From NCBI GenBank assembly GCA_018401415.1, contig JAGYKV010000017.1, positions 265,268 through 329,267 on the forward strand: a DNA stretch of 64,000 nt. Direction: 5' to 3'. Made by a program: the position numbers and the translations under genes. Under the pieces are notes generated by a model that was not told the origin of the DNA, made no database searches, and saw only the letters and a list, made by a program, of their open reading frames with translations. The DNA is from Candidatus Nanopelagicales bacterium (GTDB lineage Bacteria; Actinomycetota; Actinomycetes; S36-B12). How positions within the stretch are numbered: position 1 is the first letter of the stretch; each line of letters starts with the position of its first letter. Below, in pieces: positions 31,325 through 42,477 of the stretch.

Positions 31325-34300
31325 GTGCATCTGAAGACTCTCACATTGAAGGGCTTCAAGTCTTTTGCGTCTTCGACCACTTTGCATTTTGAGCCAGGTG
31401 TGACCTGCGTGGTGGGACCGAATGGTTCCGGAAAATCCAATGTCGTTGATGCTTTGGCGTGGGTCATGGGCGAACAAGGAGCAAAATCATTGCGGGGCGG
31501 CAAAATGGAAGATGTCATCTTCTCTGGCACAACAGGTCGTGCGCCACTGGGCCGGGCCGAGGTGTCACTCACCATTGACAACTCCGATGGCGCATTACCA
31601 ATTGAGTTTTCAGAGGTAACAATCTCGCGAACACTTTTTCGAAATGGTGGCTCCGAGTACGCCATCAATGGTGAACCCTGTCGCTTGCTTGATGTTCAGG
31701 AGCTGCTGAGCGACTCGGGTATTGGGCGCGAGATGCACGTAATTGTGGGACAGGGGCAACTCGATTCCATTCTTCATGCCACCCCCGATGATCGCAGGGG
31801 ATTCATTGAAGAGGCTGCGGGAGTCCTTAAGCATCGGAAACGCAAGGAAAAGGCACTGCGCAAACTCGAATCCATGGGAGGGAACCTCACCCGCCTCAAT
31901 GACCTCACCGCTGAATTGCGTCGCCAACTCAAACCACTGGGTCGTCAGGCTGAAGTTGCCCGACGCGCAACCGTGATTCAAAGTGATGTTCGGGATGCCC
32001 GGCTTCGTCTCATGGCAGATGACCTCGGCGCACTGCGTGCTTCACTCGCAGCAGAGGTGGCAGATGAAAGTGCGTTGCGGGAACGACAAGCGGATGTGGA
32101 GGTGCACATTGCGGAGCTCCGTCAGCGTGAATCCTTGGCTGAAGAGGCCGAACGCGAACAGGGTCCGGAACTGACGCGGATCCAAGAAACATGGTTTTCG
32201 CTCAATGGACTTCGCGAGCGGTATTTGGGACTCGTGCAGTTGGGTTCAGAGAAAGTGCGGAACTTGGCTCCTGAAACTGCAGAAGAAAAACTTGGTCGGG
32301 ATCCCGAAAGTATTGAGGCTGAGGCCCGCAACCTGAGAAAGCATGAATTCGAACTAGGTCGCGAACGTGAATCACTCAGTGAACAGCTCCTGAGTGTCGG
32401 AGCGCAGCGGGCGCAAGCCGAAGACGCCTTATCCGCCGAGGTGAGCAGGATTGAGCGCAGCGAACGCGAGTTGGCCGATCACAACACAGCAATTGCGAAA
32501 TTACGCGGTCAGTGCGAGAGCGCTCAAACGCGGATCGATACTCGGGGCACGGAAATCGAGCGGCTAGTGCAACAGATTCAAGAAGCCCGGGATCGTGGCC
32601 GAGATTCCCAGGCCGAATTCCAAGCTATTGAAACCAAAGTTGTTTCACTTGGCCATGGCGAACAGGGACTAGATGCTGAGCACGAAATTGCACAGCAGAA
32701 ACTTGCGAATGCCGATTCGCGAGTTCACGAACTCATGACAGAAGAAGCGCGACTCGATCGTGAGCGCGCCGCGGTGGCGGCTCGAGTCGAGGCATTGTCC
32801 ATGGCTCTAGAACGCAAAGATGGCTCGGCCGCCCTCGCCGATTCCTCCCAGGTAATCGGTACGGTCACCGGGCTTCTTCGTCCCGAGCACGGTTACGAGG
32901 TAGCCGTATCCGCGGCGCTGGGTGAGTTAGCAAATGCGGTGGTGGTGGCAAATGTCAATGCTGCCATAGATTCCATTGTTTTCCTTAAAAGCGAAGACGC
33001 GGGTCGCTCCAGCGTATTGGTGGCGCGTTCAGATTCCAATGAACGCGAGCAGAAGGGAGCCGCTCCAATTGGACGCTGGCTAATTGATTGCGTCCAATCC
33101 GACCCATTGATCCAAGGAACCGTAAATTCGCTGTTGGGTGAATTCATTGTGGTATCCGATATCCAGGAATTGCGTTCTCATTCCGAAATCGGCAATCGGT
33201 TCCCCATGGTGACAAAAGAAGGTGACACTTTCGTTGCAGGCGTAGCCTCCGGTGGATCGCTGAGCGGCCCGAGTGTGCTGGAGGTGCAGGTTGCCTTTGA
33301 TGAAGCTCGTGAGACTTTATCGAGCATCGAGATATCCCATCAACGCAATACTTTTGATTTGGCAGCTGCTCGCGCAACCCAAGAAGCGGCAACTCACGAA
33401 GTCGAATTTGCACTGGGCAAACTCCATGAATCGGATGCTGAGTTAGCGGCGGTGGCCGAACGCCTTGGTCAGTTGGGTCAGCAGTCCCGAGCAGCGCAAG
33501 CGGAGGCGGAGCGACTTGAGGCCGCGCTGACAAATGCCCAGGAAGCTCTGGCCCGTGACACCCACTCACTTGTTGTCTTGGTTGAGCAGTTGCACAGGGC
33601 TGAAGGAATTACCCCTCCCAGCGTTAGCCAGGATTCACGCGTACGTCTTGTCCAAGAAGTGGAACTTGCACGATCTCGTGAAGTAGATGCACGTCTAGCC
33701 GTGCGAACCGCTGAAGAACGGGTGCGAGCGGTGTCTGAGCGAGCCGCTGCGCTCGAGCAAGATGCCGAAAATGAGCGCACCGCGCGGGCGTCCGCAATTG
33801 ATCGTCGCGAGCGTCGGGCGTCCGCTCTGATTGTGGCCCAGTCAATTTTAATGGGAGCCAAGGTCGCCCTAGATTTCACAGAAGTCTCTGTTCGTCAGGC
33901 CCAGCGGGTTCGTGCGCGGGCGGAACAACTCAAAAAGCTTCGGGACTTAGAACTCACCTTCGTTCGCTCGGAAGTTCGCCAACTCGTCGAGATCCTAGAA
34001 GGACTTCGCGACAGCGTCCATCGCGATGAAGTTGTCAAGGCAGAGCAGCGCATGCGAATCGAAGCACTGGAAACCAAAGTTTTGGAAGACTTCGGAATCG
34101 AGCCTCAGATTCTCATTGCCGAATATGGTCCTGACCAACTGGTGCCACCGAGCTTGACCGCTCCGGGCGACGAAATTGACCCTGAAGCTCCAGAACCTGT
34201 TCCGTACCCCTTTGACCGTGAAGAACAGGTCAAGCGTCTGAAGGTCGCTGAGAAACAACTGGCTCTATTGGGGCGCGTCAACCCACTGGCATTGGAAGAG

Positions 34301-34882
34301 TATTCCGCCATGGACGAACGTCAACGTTTCTTGACCGAGCAACTCGATGACCTTCGTCGCACACGCGATGACCTGCTCAATATTGTGAAGGAAGTCGATG
34401 CTCGTGTTGAGCAGGTTTTCACTGAGGCGTACGTGGAGATTGAAAAGGAATTTGCGGGTGTTTTTGCGCGGTTATTCCCCGGAGGCGAGGGGCGCTTAAT
34501 TTTGACCGACCCTTCCAATATGTTGACCACGGGAGTAGACGTAGAAGCACGGCCCCCCGGAAAAAAAATCAAGAGACTTTCGCTGCTCTCCGGCGGTGAG
34601 CGTTCATTGACCGCGGTCGCGTTCTTGGTCGCTCTCTTTAAGGCTCGGCCATCTCCGTTTTATGTGCTCGACGAAGTAGAAGCGGCGCTTGACGATATCA
34701 ACTTGGGTCGCTTGATCGATATTATCGAAGAACTTCGTTCGACCTCACAACTCATTGTTATTACACATCAGAAGCGAACCATGGAAATCGCAGACGCACT
34801 TTATGGCGCATCCATGCGTGGCGATGGCGTCACCCAGATCATTGGTCAGCGGTTGCGCGAAGTCGAACAGGTAGGAGCCTGA
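31325..34882 (+). CDS. smc: chromosome segregation protein SMC
   Basis: 1185 aa with a GTG start. Walker A GPNGSGKSN, long coiled coils around a hinge, signature LSGGE, and Walker B FYVLDEVEAALD. Confidence 0.95.
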   Translation: MHLKTLTLKGFKSFASSTTLHFEPGVTCVVGPNGSGKSNVVDALAWVMGEQGAKSLRGGKMEDVIFSGTTGRAPLGRAEVSLTIDNSDGALPIEFSEVTISRTLFRNGGSEYAINGEPCRLLDVQELLSDSGIGREMHVIVGQGQLDSILHATPDDRRGFIEEAAGVLKHRKRKEKALRKLESMGGNLTRLNDLTAELRRQLKPLGRQAEVARRATVIQSDVRDARLRLMADDLGALRASLAAEVADESALRERQADVEVHIAELRQRESLAEEAEREQGPELTRIQETWFSLNGLRERYLGLVQLGSEKVRNLAPETAEEKLGRDPESIEAEARNLRKHEFELGRERESLSEQLLSVGAQRAQAEDALSAEVSRIERSERELADHNTAIAKLRGQCESAQTRIDTRGTEIERLVQQIQEARDRGRDSQAEFQAIETKVVSLGHGEQGLDAEHEIAQQKLANADSRVHELMTEEARLDRERAAVAARVEALSMALERKDGSAALADSSQVIGTVTGLLRPEHGYEVAVSAALGELANAVVVANVNAAIDSIVFLKSEDAGRSSVLVARSDSNEREQKGAAPIGRWLIDCVQSDPLIQGTVNSLLGEFIVVSDIQELRSHSEIGNRFPMVTKEGDTFVAGVASGGSLSGPSVLEVQVAFDEARETLSSIEISHQRNTFDLAAARATQEAATHEVEFALGKLHESDAELAAVAERLGQLGQQSRAAQAEAERLEAALTNAQEALARDTHSLVVLVEQLHRAEGITPPSVSQDSRVRLVQEVELARSREVDARLAVRTAEERVRAVSERAAALEQDAENERTARASAIDRRERRASALIVAQSILMGAKVALDFTEVSVRQAQRVRARAEQLKKLRDLELTFVRSEVRQLVEILEGLRDSVHRDEVVKAEQRMRIEALETKVLEDFGIEPQILIAEYGPDQLVPPSLTAPGDEIDPEAPEPVPYPFDREEQVKRLKVAEKQLALLGRVNPLALEEYSAMDERQRFLTEQLDDLRRTRDDLLNIVKEVDARVEQVFTEAYVEIEKEFAGVFARLFPGGEGRLILTDPSNMLTTGVDVEARPPGKKIKRLSLLSGGERSLTAVAFLVALFKARPSPFYVLDEVEAALDDINLGRLIDIIEELRSTSQLIVITHQKRTMEIADALYGASMRGDGVTQIIGQRLREVEQVGA

Positions 34883-35337
34883 CCCTTAACAACCCCCATG
34901 ACAATGAAAGTTTGGCCCACCAGATACGTCGCCATAATCTCGCCAGGAAAAACTTGTATCCCATTGAACTCCTCGAGGGCAATCAGGGTGTCCGAGAAAG
35001 CGAAACTTGCGGCCCCGAGTGCAGGCAGGAAGCGCCAAGGAGATGGAAATCGCAAGGCACTGTTGAGGGCCGAAATCGCCATCCCAAGATCTGATGCGCT
35101 GTAAATGAGCACGGGTACCCGCAAATCCCCAGGGGTGATCAGGAAGTTCATCAGCACCCAGTGGCCCAGATTGGGAATGACTGCGATTTTCCAGGCACGA
35201 ACCAAATCAATTCCCGGAATGCTTTGAAACATCACAATATAAAAGATTTGCGCGACGGCAATGTCGCCTAGCCAAGAAAAAGACAGCGCCGCCACGAGCC
35301 AGAGCCGCCAGGCACCTGACAAACGTTGGGAATACAT
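34846..35337 (-). CDS. YhhN-family (lysoplasmalogenase-like) membrane protein, N-terminally short
   Basis: 163 aa. WLGDIAV and FAFSDTLIALEEF match the two YhhN motifs with normal spacing. Only ~24 aa precede the first motif, versus ~70 in E. coli YhhN as I recall it. The 3' end overlaps smc by 37 nt. Confidence 0.6.
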   Translation of the reverse strand: MYSQRLSGAWRLWLVAALSFSWLGDIAVAQIFYIVMFQSIPGIDLVRAWKIAVIPNLGHWVLMNFLITPGDLRVPVLIYSASDLGMAISALNSALRFPSPWRFLPALGAASFAFSDTLIALEEFNGIQVFPGEIMATYLVGQTFIVMGVVKGQAPTCSTSRNR

Positions 35338-35426
35338 GATTGTGAGTGCCCATGCACGTTGTGAGAAATAGTAGAGCGATCAGTCGCGCGAGCATTCGCC
35401 ACGCGGTGATGGCGTGAAATCACCCA

Positions 35427-36644
35427 GTGGCAGGATTACTCGTCATGGACTCCCTTCTGATTATTCTTATTGTTTCAGCAATCATTATTTTTGGTCTTGC
35501 GGTTGGTGGATCGATTGCATTCCTGCGCGGCCGCGACTCCGAGGAAGATCACACTCCGCCACGGCCAGGAATTGATTACACCCCCGGCGTTGGCGACGAC
35601 TCTGCAGAACCGAGAGATACGCCGCGGAGAAACATTGAGTCAATCGAAGTGGGAACCGCGCTTATCGATCGCGAACCGCCGCCTCCCACCGAGCCCGAAC
35701 TCGCCCAATGGGAGGTTGAAATACCCGACCCCAGTGCGGGGCGCTTGGGTCGGCTCCGAGCCAGATTGGCTCGGTCGAATAACGTTTTCGGGAAGGGTCT
35801 ATTGAGTCTGCTATCCAGTGGTTCATTGGATGCAGAAGTATGGGAGGAAATTGAAGCGACCCTTCTCGGTGCGGATCTCGGGGTGGGTCCCACCCAAGAA
35901 CTCATGGGGGAGCTCAAAATCCGAATAGCCGCGGCAGGAGACAGTTCGCCCGAGTTCATGCGGACCGCTCTGAAAGAATCTCTCATTGACCTGATCGATC
36001 CGACCATGAATCGCGAAATTGCGCATTCACAAGGTGACCGGCCAGCGGTGATTTTGGTTGTGGGTGTCAATGGAACAGGCAAAACAACCACCGTGGGAAA
36101 ACTCGCGCGCGTGCTCATTGCCGATCAACAAAGCGTGGTGATGGCCGCCGCGGATACATTCCGAGCAGCAGCCGCCGATCAACTACAAACATGGGGAGAC
36201 CGGGTAGGAGCTGCTGTGGTCAGGGGTCCAGAAGGCGGTGACCCAGCTTCGGTTGCATTTGAAGCCGTGCAAATAGGCCTCGACAGTGAGGTAGACGTCA
36301 TTGTGGTTGACACTGCTGGTCGATTGCATACCAAAACAGGGTTGATGGATGAACTGGAGAAAATAAAGCGGGTAATTGAAAAACGAAGTCCTGTTGACGA
36401 AGTTCTCCTCGTCATTGATGCCACAACTGGGCAAAATGGGCTCGCGCAAGCGCGCGTATTCAGCGAGGTGGTCGATGTAACAGGAATCGTATTGACCAAA
36501 CTTGACGGCACAGCCAAGGGCGGAATCGTGGTGGCTGTCCAACGCGAACTCGGCGTGCCGGTGAAACTTGTAGGGCTGGGTGAGGGACCAGATGACCTCG
36601 CTCCATTTGACGCGACAGAGTTTGTAGAGGCCCTCATTTCGTAA
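35427..36644 (+). CDS. ftsY: signal recognition particle receptor FtsY
   Basis: 405 aa. N-terminal TM segment and an acidic region. SRP-GTPase motifs GVNGTGKTTT, DTAGR and TKLDGTAKGG. The start is GTG 35427 or ATG 35445. Confidence 0.9.
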   Translation: MAGLLVMDSLLIILIVSAIIIFGLAVGGSIAFLRGRDSEEDHTPPRPGIDYTPGVGDDSAEPRDTPRRNIESIEVGTALIDREPPPPTEPELAQWEVEIPDPSAGRLGRLRARLARSNNVFGKGLLSLLSSGSLDAEVWEEIEATLLGADLGVGPTQELMGELKIRIAAAGDSSPEFMRTALKESLIDLIDPTMNREIAHSQGDRPAVILVVGVNGTGKTTTVGKLARVLIADQQSVVMAAADTFRAAAADQLQTWGDRVGAAVVRGPEGGDPASVAFEAVQIGLDSEVDVIVVDTAGRLHTKTGLMDELEKIKRVIEKRSPVDEVLLVIDATTGQNGLAQARVFSEVVDVTGIVLTKLDGTAKGGIVVAVQRELGVPVKLVGLGEGPDDLAPFDATEFVEALIS

Positions 36645-36670
36645 CTTCGTGGAAATATTGCACCAGTTTC

Positions 36671-36708
36671 TTCACACATTGGAAACACGGTAAGTCCTTA
36701 TCGGAAAC
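36671..36708 (+). promoter_or_regulatory. candidate GlnR box upstream of amt-glnK-glnD
   Basis: TTCAC-n6-GAAAC-n6-AGTCC-n6-GAAAC, compared with the actinobacterial GlnR pattern gTnAC-n6-GaAAC-n6-GtnAC-n6-GAAAC. Both b-sites are perfect, and it lies 75 nt upstream of the amt ATG. Confidence 0.45.
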
Positions 36709-36782
36709 TCATTCCGTGCACTCTTGGTCCACCGAGAGCTACCCCAACAGGGGAGTAGTGGAGAACCACGAGGAGGAAACCT

Positions 36783-38419
<1,637 letters not shown>

Positions 38420-38425
38420 ATTCAG

Positions 38426-40699
38426 ATGACCTTTTTCTCGGTAAGGGAATCTCTAGCCAATCAGCCAGGTGTCCACGGCGAAGAGCAGCGCAAGGTGCTG
38501 ACTCAGAGCCTGGACACCTGGCTCGGTCAGTTGTTGGCAGCATCCGTTGCGGAGATCAGAGCAAACCCCTCTGAATTCGCTCTCATTGCCGTGGGAAGCC
38601 TCGGTCGCGGTGAGCCCACCGTGCACAGCGACCTAGATTTAGTTTTACTGCACCAACCTCGAGCTCGGCATGCCGAAAAAGTTGCGGCTGGAATCTGGTA
38701 TCCGATCTGGGACTCTGGAATGCCCCTTGACCACAGTGTGCGCACAATTGCGCAGGCGCGGGCCATGGCAACACAGGATCCCAAGGTGGTAACCGGGCTT
38801 CTCGATGCGCGTTTAGTTGCGGGCGATGCCGAATTGGGCAGCCGACTACATCAAGATATCCACGCGGATTGGCGTAAATCAAGTGCCAAAATGCTGCCCC
38901 AACTTCGTGAACTCGTTGGCGAGCGACGAACACGGTCTGGTGACCTCTTTCAATTACTTGAGCCGGATCTCAAGGACTCCTATGGAGGGCTGCGAGATGT
39001 GGGGATACTCCGCGCTTTGGGAGCTACGTGGCGAGTCGAGATCGGGCAAGCTGACTGGCTTGACAGCGCAAAGTTCCTGTTAGACGTTCGAAGTCGAATG
39101 CATCTTCGATCACGCGGTGATCGACTTCGATTGCAAGATCAGCCGGAGATCGCCCAAGATTTAGGATTCCACAACGCTGCCGAACTTCTCAGATCCATTT
39201 ATCTCGCTGGTCGTCAAATTGCGTACGCTAGTGATCGAGCTTGGAGTCAACTGGAACGGCCCAAGGGTAAAAGAGATATTCGGCGCCCCATCGCAGATGG
39301 CGTGGTGATTCATGGCGGTGAAGTTGTATTGGCCAAAACCTCCATGCCACACCTTGAATCAGGACACGGGATCGTTGACCTAACATTGTCAGTCGCCGCT
39401 GCATCCGCTGTCGCGGAGCTGCCCATCTCGCCATTCCTGCTCGGCAGGTTAAGTAAGACAGATCGGATGGTGGCGCAGGACTGGAACTCTGCAATGCGAA
39501 ATTCGCTATTACAGATACTGGGTTCGCGTTTCGGAATGCGCTCGACATGGGAATCACTAGATCAATTTCACCTCATTAGTCGTTGGTTACCCGAGTGGGA
39601 GCATGTTCGTTCGCTCCCGCAGTTCAATTCATTACACGAGTTCACCGTGGACCGACATCTGGTTGAGTGTGTCGTTCAAGGACAGGAACTTACGCGGACG
39701 GTCAATCGTCCGGATTTATTGCTCATGGCTTGTCTATTGCATGACATCGGAAAAGGGCTGGAGGGTGACCATTCGGTAGTTGGAGCGCAGATGGCTCGGG
39801 ACATCATGACCCGGATGCGATTCAATGATCACGATATTCGCTCCGTTGAGTTGCTGGTGCTTCATCATTTGCTTTTGGCTGATACTGCAACTCGTCGCGA
39901 CATTGAAGACCCAGCAGTCGTCGATTCCTTGTGTGGACAACTTGAATCCGCGGAGAATATTGAACTACTACTGGCTTTAACATTGGCAGATTCACGAGCC
40001 ACGGGTCCGTCTCTCCGCTCCCAATGGCGGGAAAATCTGATAGCTGAGGCGGCACAACGTGCGATCCAGAAATTATCGGGAGAGATTCCCGCGAAAACTG
40101 AACCTGCATTCAATGGCTCGATGTATTCAGCAGACTCTGAGGGTTTGATTTTCCATGCCGAAAATGAGTCGGATGGGTACCGAGTGGTGATTGGACTACC
40201 AGATCAAATTGGGTTACTGGCCGCTGTGGCCGGCGTATTCGCCATGCACCGTTTACATGTGCGAGCGGCTGACTTGTATGAGGATCATCTGCGAGCCATT
40301 CAGGTGTGGAATATCAAGCCGTTATTTGGAGACTTGCCGGATGTCGATCTTCTGCGCCGCGATATCAAACGTGCCCTGTCCGGCGAAATGGATCTCGAGG
40401 GCAAGCTCGAAGGAACCCAGGTCCGTGACTCAACGGTGGTGGTGAATCTATCGCGAGTCTCCGATCAACAGACGGTGGTAGAGGTGCGAGCTAGGGATCG
40501 CAAGGCACTCCTTTATGACATCTCGCGAGCAATTTCCTCCTGTGCACTGACAATCACCGGCGCGCGAATATCGACTCTGGGATTAGACGCGGTAGATGTC
40601 TTCTTCATTCGAAACTCACAAGGCGACCCACCCACCGAAATCGAAGGGCAACGTGCTATCTCCGCGATTCGGAGGCGACTCGCGCCTGAGATTGACTGA
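38426..40699 (+). CDS. glnD: [protein-PII] uridylyl/adenylyl-transferase
   Basis: 757 aa. Nucleotidyltransferase domain (GSLGRGEPTVHSDLDL), HD domain (LLHDIGKG), and two C-terminal ACT-like domains. Third gene of the amt operon. Confidence 0.9.
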   Translation: MTFFSVRESLANQPGVHGEEQRKVLTQSLDTWLGQLLAASVAEIRANPSEFALIAVGSLGRGEPTVHSDLDLVLLHQPRARHAEKVAAGIWYPIWDSGMPLDHSVRTIAQARAMATQDPKVVTGLLDARLVAGDAELGSRLHQDIHADWRKSSAKMLPQLRELVGERRTRSGDLFQLLEPDLKDSYGGLRDVGILRALGATWRVEIGQADWLDSAKFLLDVRSRMHLRSRGDRLRLQDQPEIAQDLGFHNAAELLRSIYLAGRQIAYASDRAWSQLERPKGKRDIRRPIADGVVIHGGEVVLAKTSMPHLESGHGIVDLTLSVAAASAVAELPISPFLLGRLSKTDRMVAQDWNSAMRNSLLQILGSRFGMRSTWESLDQFHLISRWLPEWEHVRSLPQFNSLHEFTVDRHLVECVVQGQELTRTVNRPDLLLMACLLHDIGKGLEGDHSVVGAQMARDIMTRMRFNDHDIRSVELLVLHHLLLADTATRRDIEDPAVVDSLCGQLESAENIELLLALTLADSRATGPSLRSQWRENLIAEAAQRAIQKLSGEIPAKTEPAFNGSMYSADSEGLIFHAENESDGYRVVIGLPDQIGLLAAVAGVFAMHRLHVRAADLYEDHLRAIQVWNIKPLFGDLPDVDLLRRDIKRALSGEMDLEGKLEGTQVRDSTVVVNLSRVSDQQTVVEVRARDRKALLYDISRAISSCALTITGARISTLGLDAVDVFFIRNSQGDPPTEIEGQRAISAIRRRLAPEID

Positions 40700-40780
40700 A
40701 CCATCCAGTCTGCGGCTGATTGACGGACAGGCGAGACTAACCTTGGGGAGTACTAGGCGTCCACCATGAGGAGTGTTCAG

Positions 40781-42304
40781 ATGTTTGCGTCGCTATCTGA
40801 TCGGCTGGCCGGGACCTTCAAAAGTCTCCGAGGCAAAGGTCGCTTGAGCGAATCGGACATTGATGCAACTGTTGCTCAGATCCGAACAGCTCTGCTCGAA
40901 GCCGATGTCGCACTACCGGTTGTGAAAGTATTCTGCGCAACGGTCAAGGAACGTTCTCTGTCTGCGGAAGTTTCTGGAGCCCTCAATCCCGCCCAACAAA
41001 TCATCAAGATTGTTCACGAGGAATTGATCGGGATACTAGGGGGCTCGACTTGCTCCCTGGTATTCGCCAAGACCGGACCCACTGTCATCCTCTTAACGGG
41101 CCTTCAGGGTGCGGGAAAAACTACCCTCGCCGGGAAATTGGCAAAGATGCTGGCCCAAGAGGGACACACTCCGCTGTTGGTGGCGGCAGATCTTCAAAGG
41201 CCCAATGCCGTGGATCAATTGAAAGTTGTCGGTGAGCGCGCGGGGGTGCCCACTTTTGCTCCCGAACCCGGCAATGGTGTGGGGGACCCGGTCGCCGTTG
41301 CGCGGGCGGGAAAGCAATTTGCCATTGAGAAAATGCATGATGTCGTCATCGTTGACTCTGCAGGTCGATTAGCGATCGACCAAGAACTCATGAATCAACT
41401 TGCCCAAGTGCGAGATGCAGTTTCACCGGAGAACGTGCTCTTCGTAGTTGACGCCATGATCGGTCAAGATGCAGTCACCACGGCAAAAGAGTTTGTGAAT
41501 CACATTGGGTTTGATGCAGTTGTTCTGACGAAACTTGATGGAGATGCCCGCGGCGGTGCCGCGCTTTCTATTGTCTCCGTTGTTGACCGACCCATCATGT
41601 TCGCGTCCACGGGTGAAAAACTTGAGGACTTCGAGGTTTTTCATCCGGATCGAATGGCTTCTCGAATATTAGACATGGGTGATCTCCTCTCGCTCATTGA
41701 GCAAGCCGAGCGGGCATTTGATGCCGAACAAACAGATCGCTTCACCGAAAAACTTGCCCAGGGCGAGAGTTTCACGCTGGAAGATTTTCTTGAACAAATG
41801 CAAGCGGTGAAGAAGATGGGTTCGCTTGGAAAGATCCTTGGGATGCTCCCTGGCATGGGAGACATGAAAGCCCAACTCGATCAGGTCGATGACAAAGAAC
41901 TGGATCGAGTTGCGGCCATAATTTTGTCGATGACGCCAACTGAGCGACGCGATCCTAAAATTCTCAATGGGTCACGTCGGGCCCGCATCGCTGCGGGTTC
42001 CGGGACGCAGGTCAATGACGTGAACAATTTGATCGAACGGTTCGCCCAGGCCCAAAAAATGATGAAGCAGATGGGCAAGGGAGGGATGCCCGGCATGGGG
42101 GGCTTACCGGGCATGGGAGGCCTCCCCCCGACCGGTGGGGGAAAAAAGTCCAGGGGCAAGCAGCAGAAGGCGGTCAAGCCGGGTAAGGGAGCAAAAGGAC
42201 GCAGTGGAAACCCAGCGAAGCGGGCAATGGGCGCTGGGGACGCGGGTAATCAGGAACCGGACCTTGGTTCGTTACCCCCTGAGTTGCGAAAATTGCTGCA
42301 GTGA
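40781..42304 (+). CDS. ffh: signal recognition particle protein Ffh
   Basis: MFASLSDRL N-terminus (ATG 40781; the track start at 40766 adds 5 aa). GLQGAGKTT, DSAGR and TKLDGDARGG. Met/Gly-rich M-domain tail. Confidence 0.95.
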   Translation: MFASLSDRLAGTFKSLRGKGRLSESDIDATVAQIRTALLEADVALPVVKVFCATVKERSLSAEVSGALNPAQQIIKIVHEELIGILGGSTCSLVFAKTGPTVILLTGLQGAGKTTLAGKLAKMLAQEGHTPLLVAADLQRPNAVDQLKVVGERAGVPTFAPEPGNGVGDPVAVARAGKQFAIEKMHDVVIVDSAGRLAIDQELMNQLAQVRDAVSPENVLFVVDAMIGQDAVTTAKEFVNHIGFDAVVLTKLDGDARGGAALSIVSVVDRPIMFASTGEKLEDFEVFHPDRMASRILDMGDLLSLIEQAERAFDAEQTDRFTEKLAQGESFTLEDFLEQMQAVKKMGSLGKILGMLPGMGDMKAQLDQVDDKELDRVAAIILSMTPTERRDPKILNGSRRARIAAGSGTQVNDVNNLIERFAQAQKMMKQMGKGGMPGMGGLPGMGGLPPTGGGKKSRGKQQKAVKPGKGAKGRSGNPAKRAMGAGDAGNQEPDLGSLPPELRKLLQ

Positions 42305-42477
42305 GAACTTGCTGGACCGGAGACAGCGTTGCTGAGGGGGTCAGGTAGCATGTGGACGCTCTTGTGAGCGGAAGGACCCTCTCAACCTTTCGACTTGCAG
42401 CCCGCATGAACTTTGTGTGAACGTGTCCCCACGCGTTTACTCGGAATTCGACCATTCACCGAGGAGAAAAGCCCACC

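Noticed and set aside
31210-31668. A 152-aa minus-strand ORF spanning the mutM-smc junction, plus several Arg/Ser-rich minus-strand ORFs inside smc (for example 33478..33879).
   Set aside because: They overlap the conserved SMC head and coiled-coil coding sequence, and no family resemblance is visible.
35576-36688. Minus-strand ORFs of 180, 169 and 119 aa antisense to ftsY.
   Set aside because: They are shadow frames of the SRP-GTPase gene, with a low-complexity Ser/Thr/Pro/Arg-rich translation.
42334-42383. A stem (GAGGGGGTC / GACCCTCTC, 9 bp with one G.U pair) enclosing a 32-nt loop, lying 30 nt after the ffh stop.
   Set aside because: It could be an ffh terminator or 3' stabiliser, but it has only a weak TTT after it and a large loop. 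I cannot distinguish it from chance structure without comparative data.
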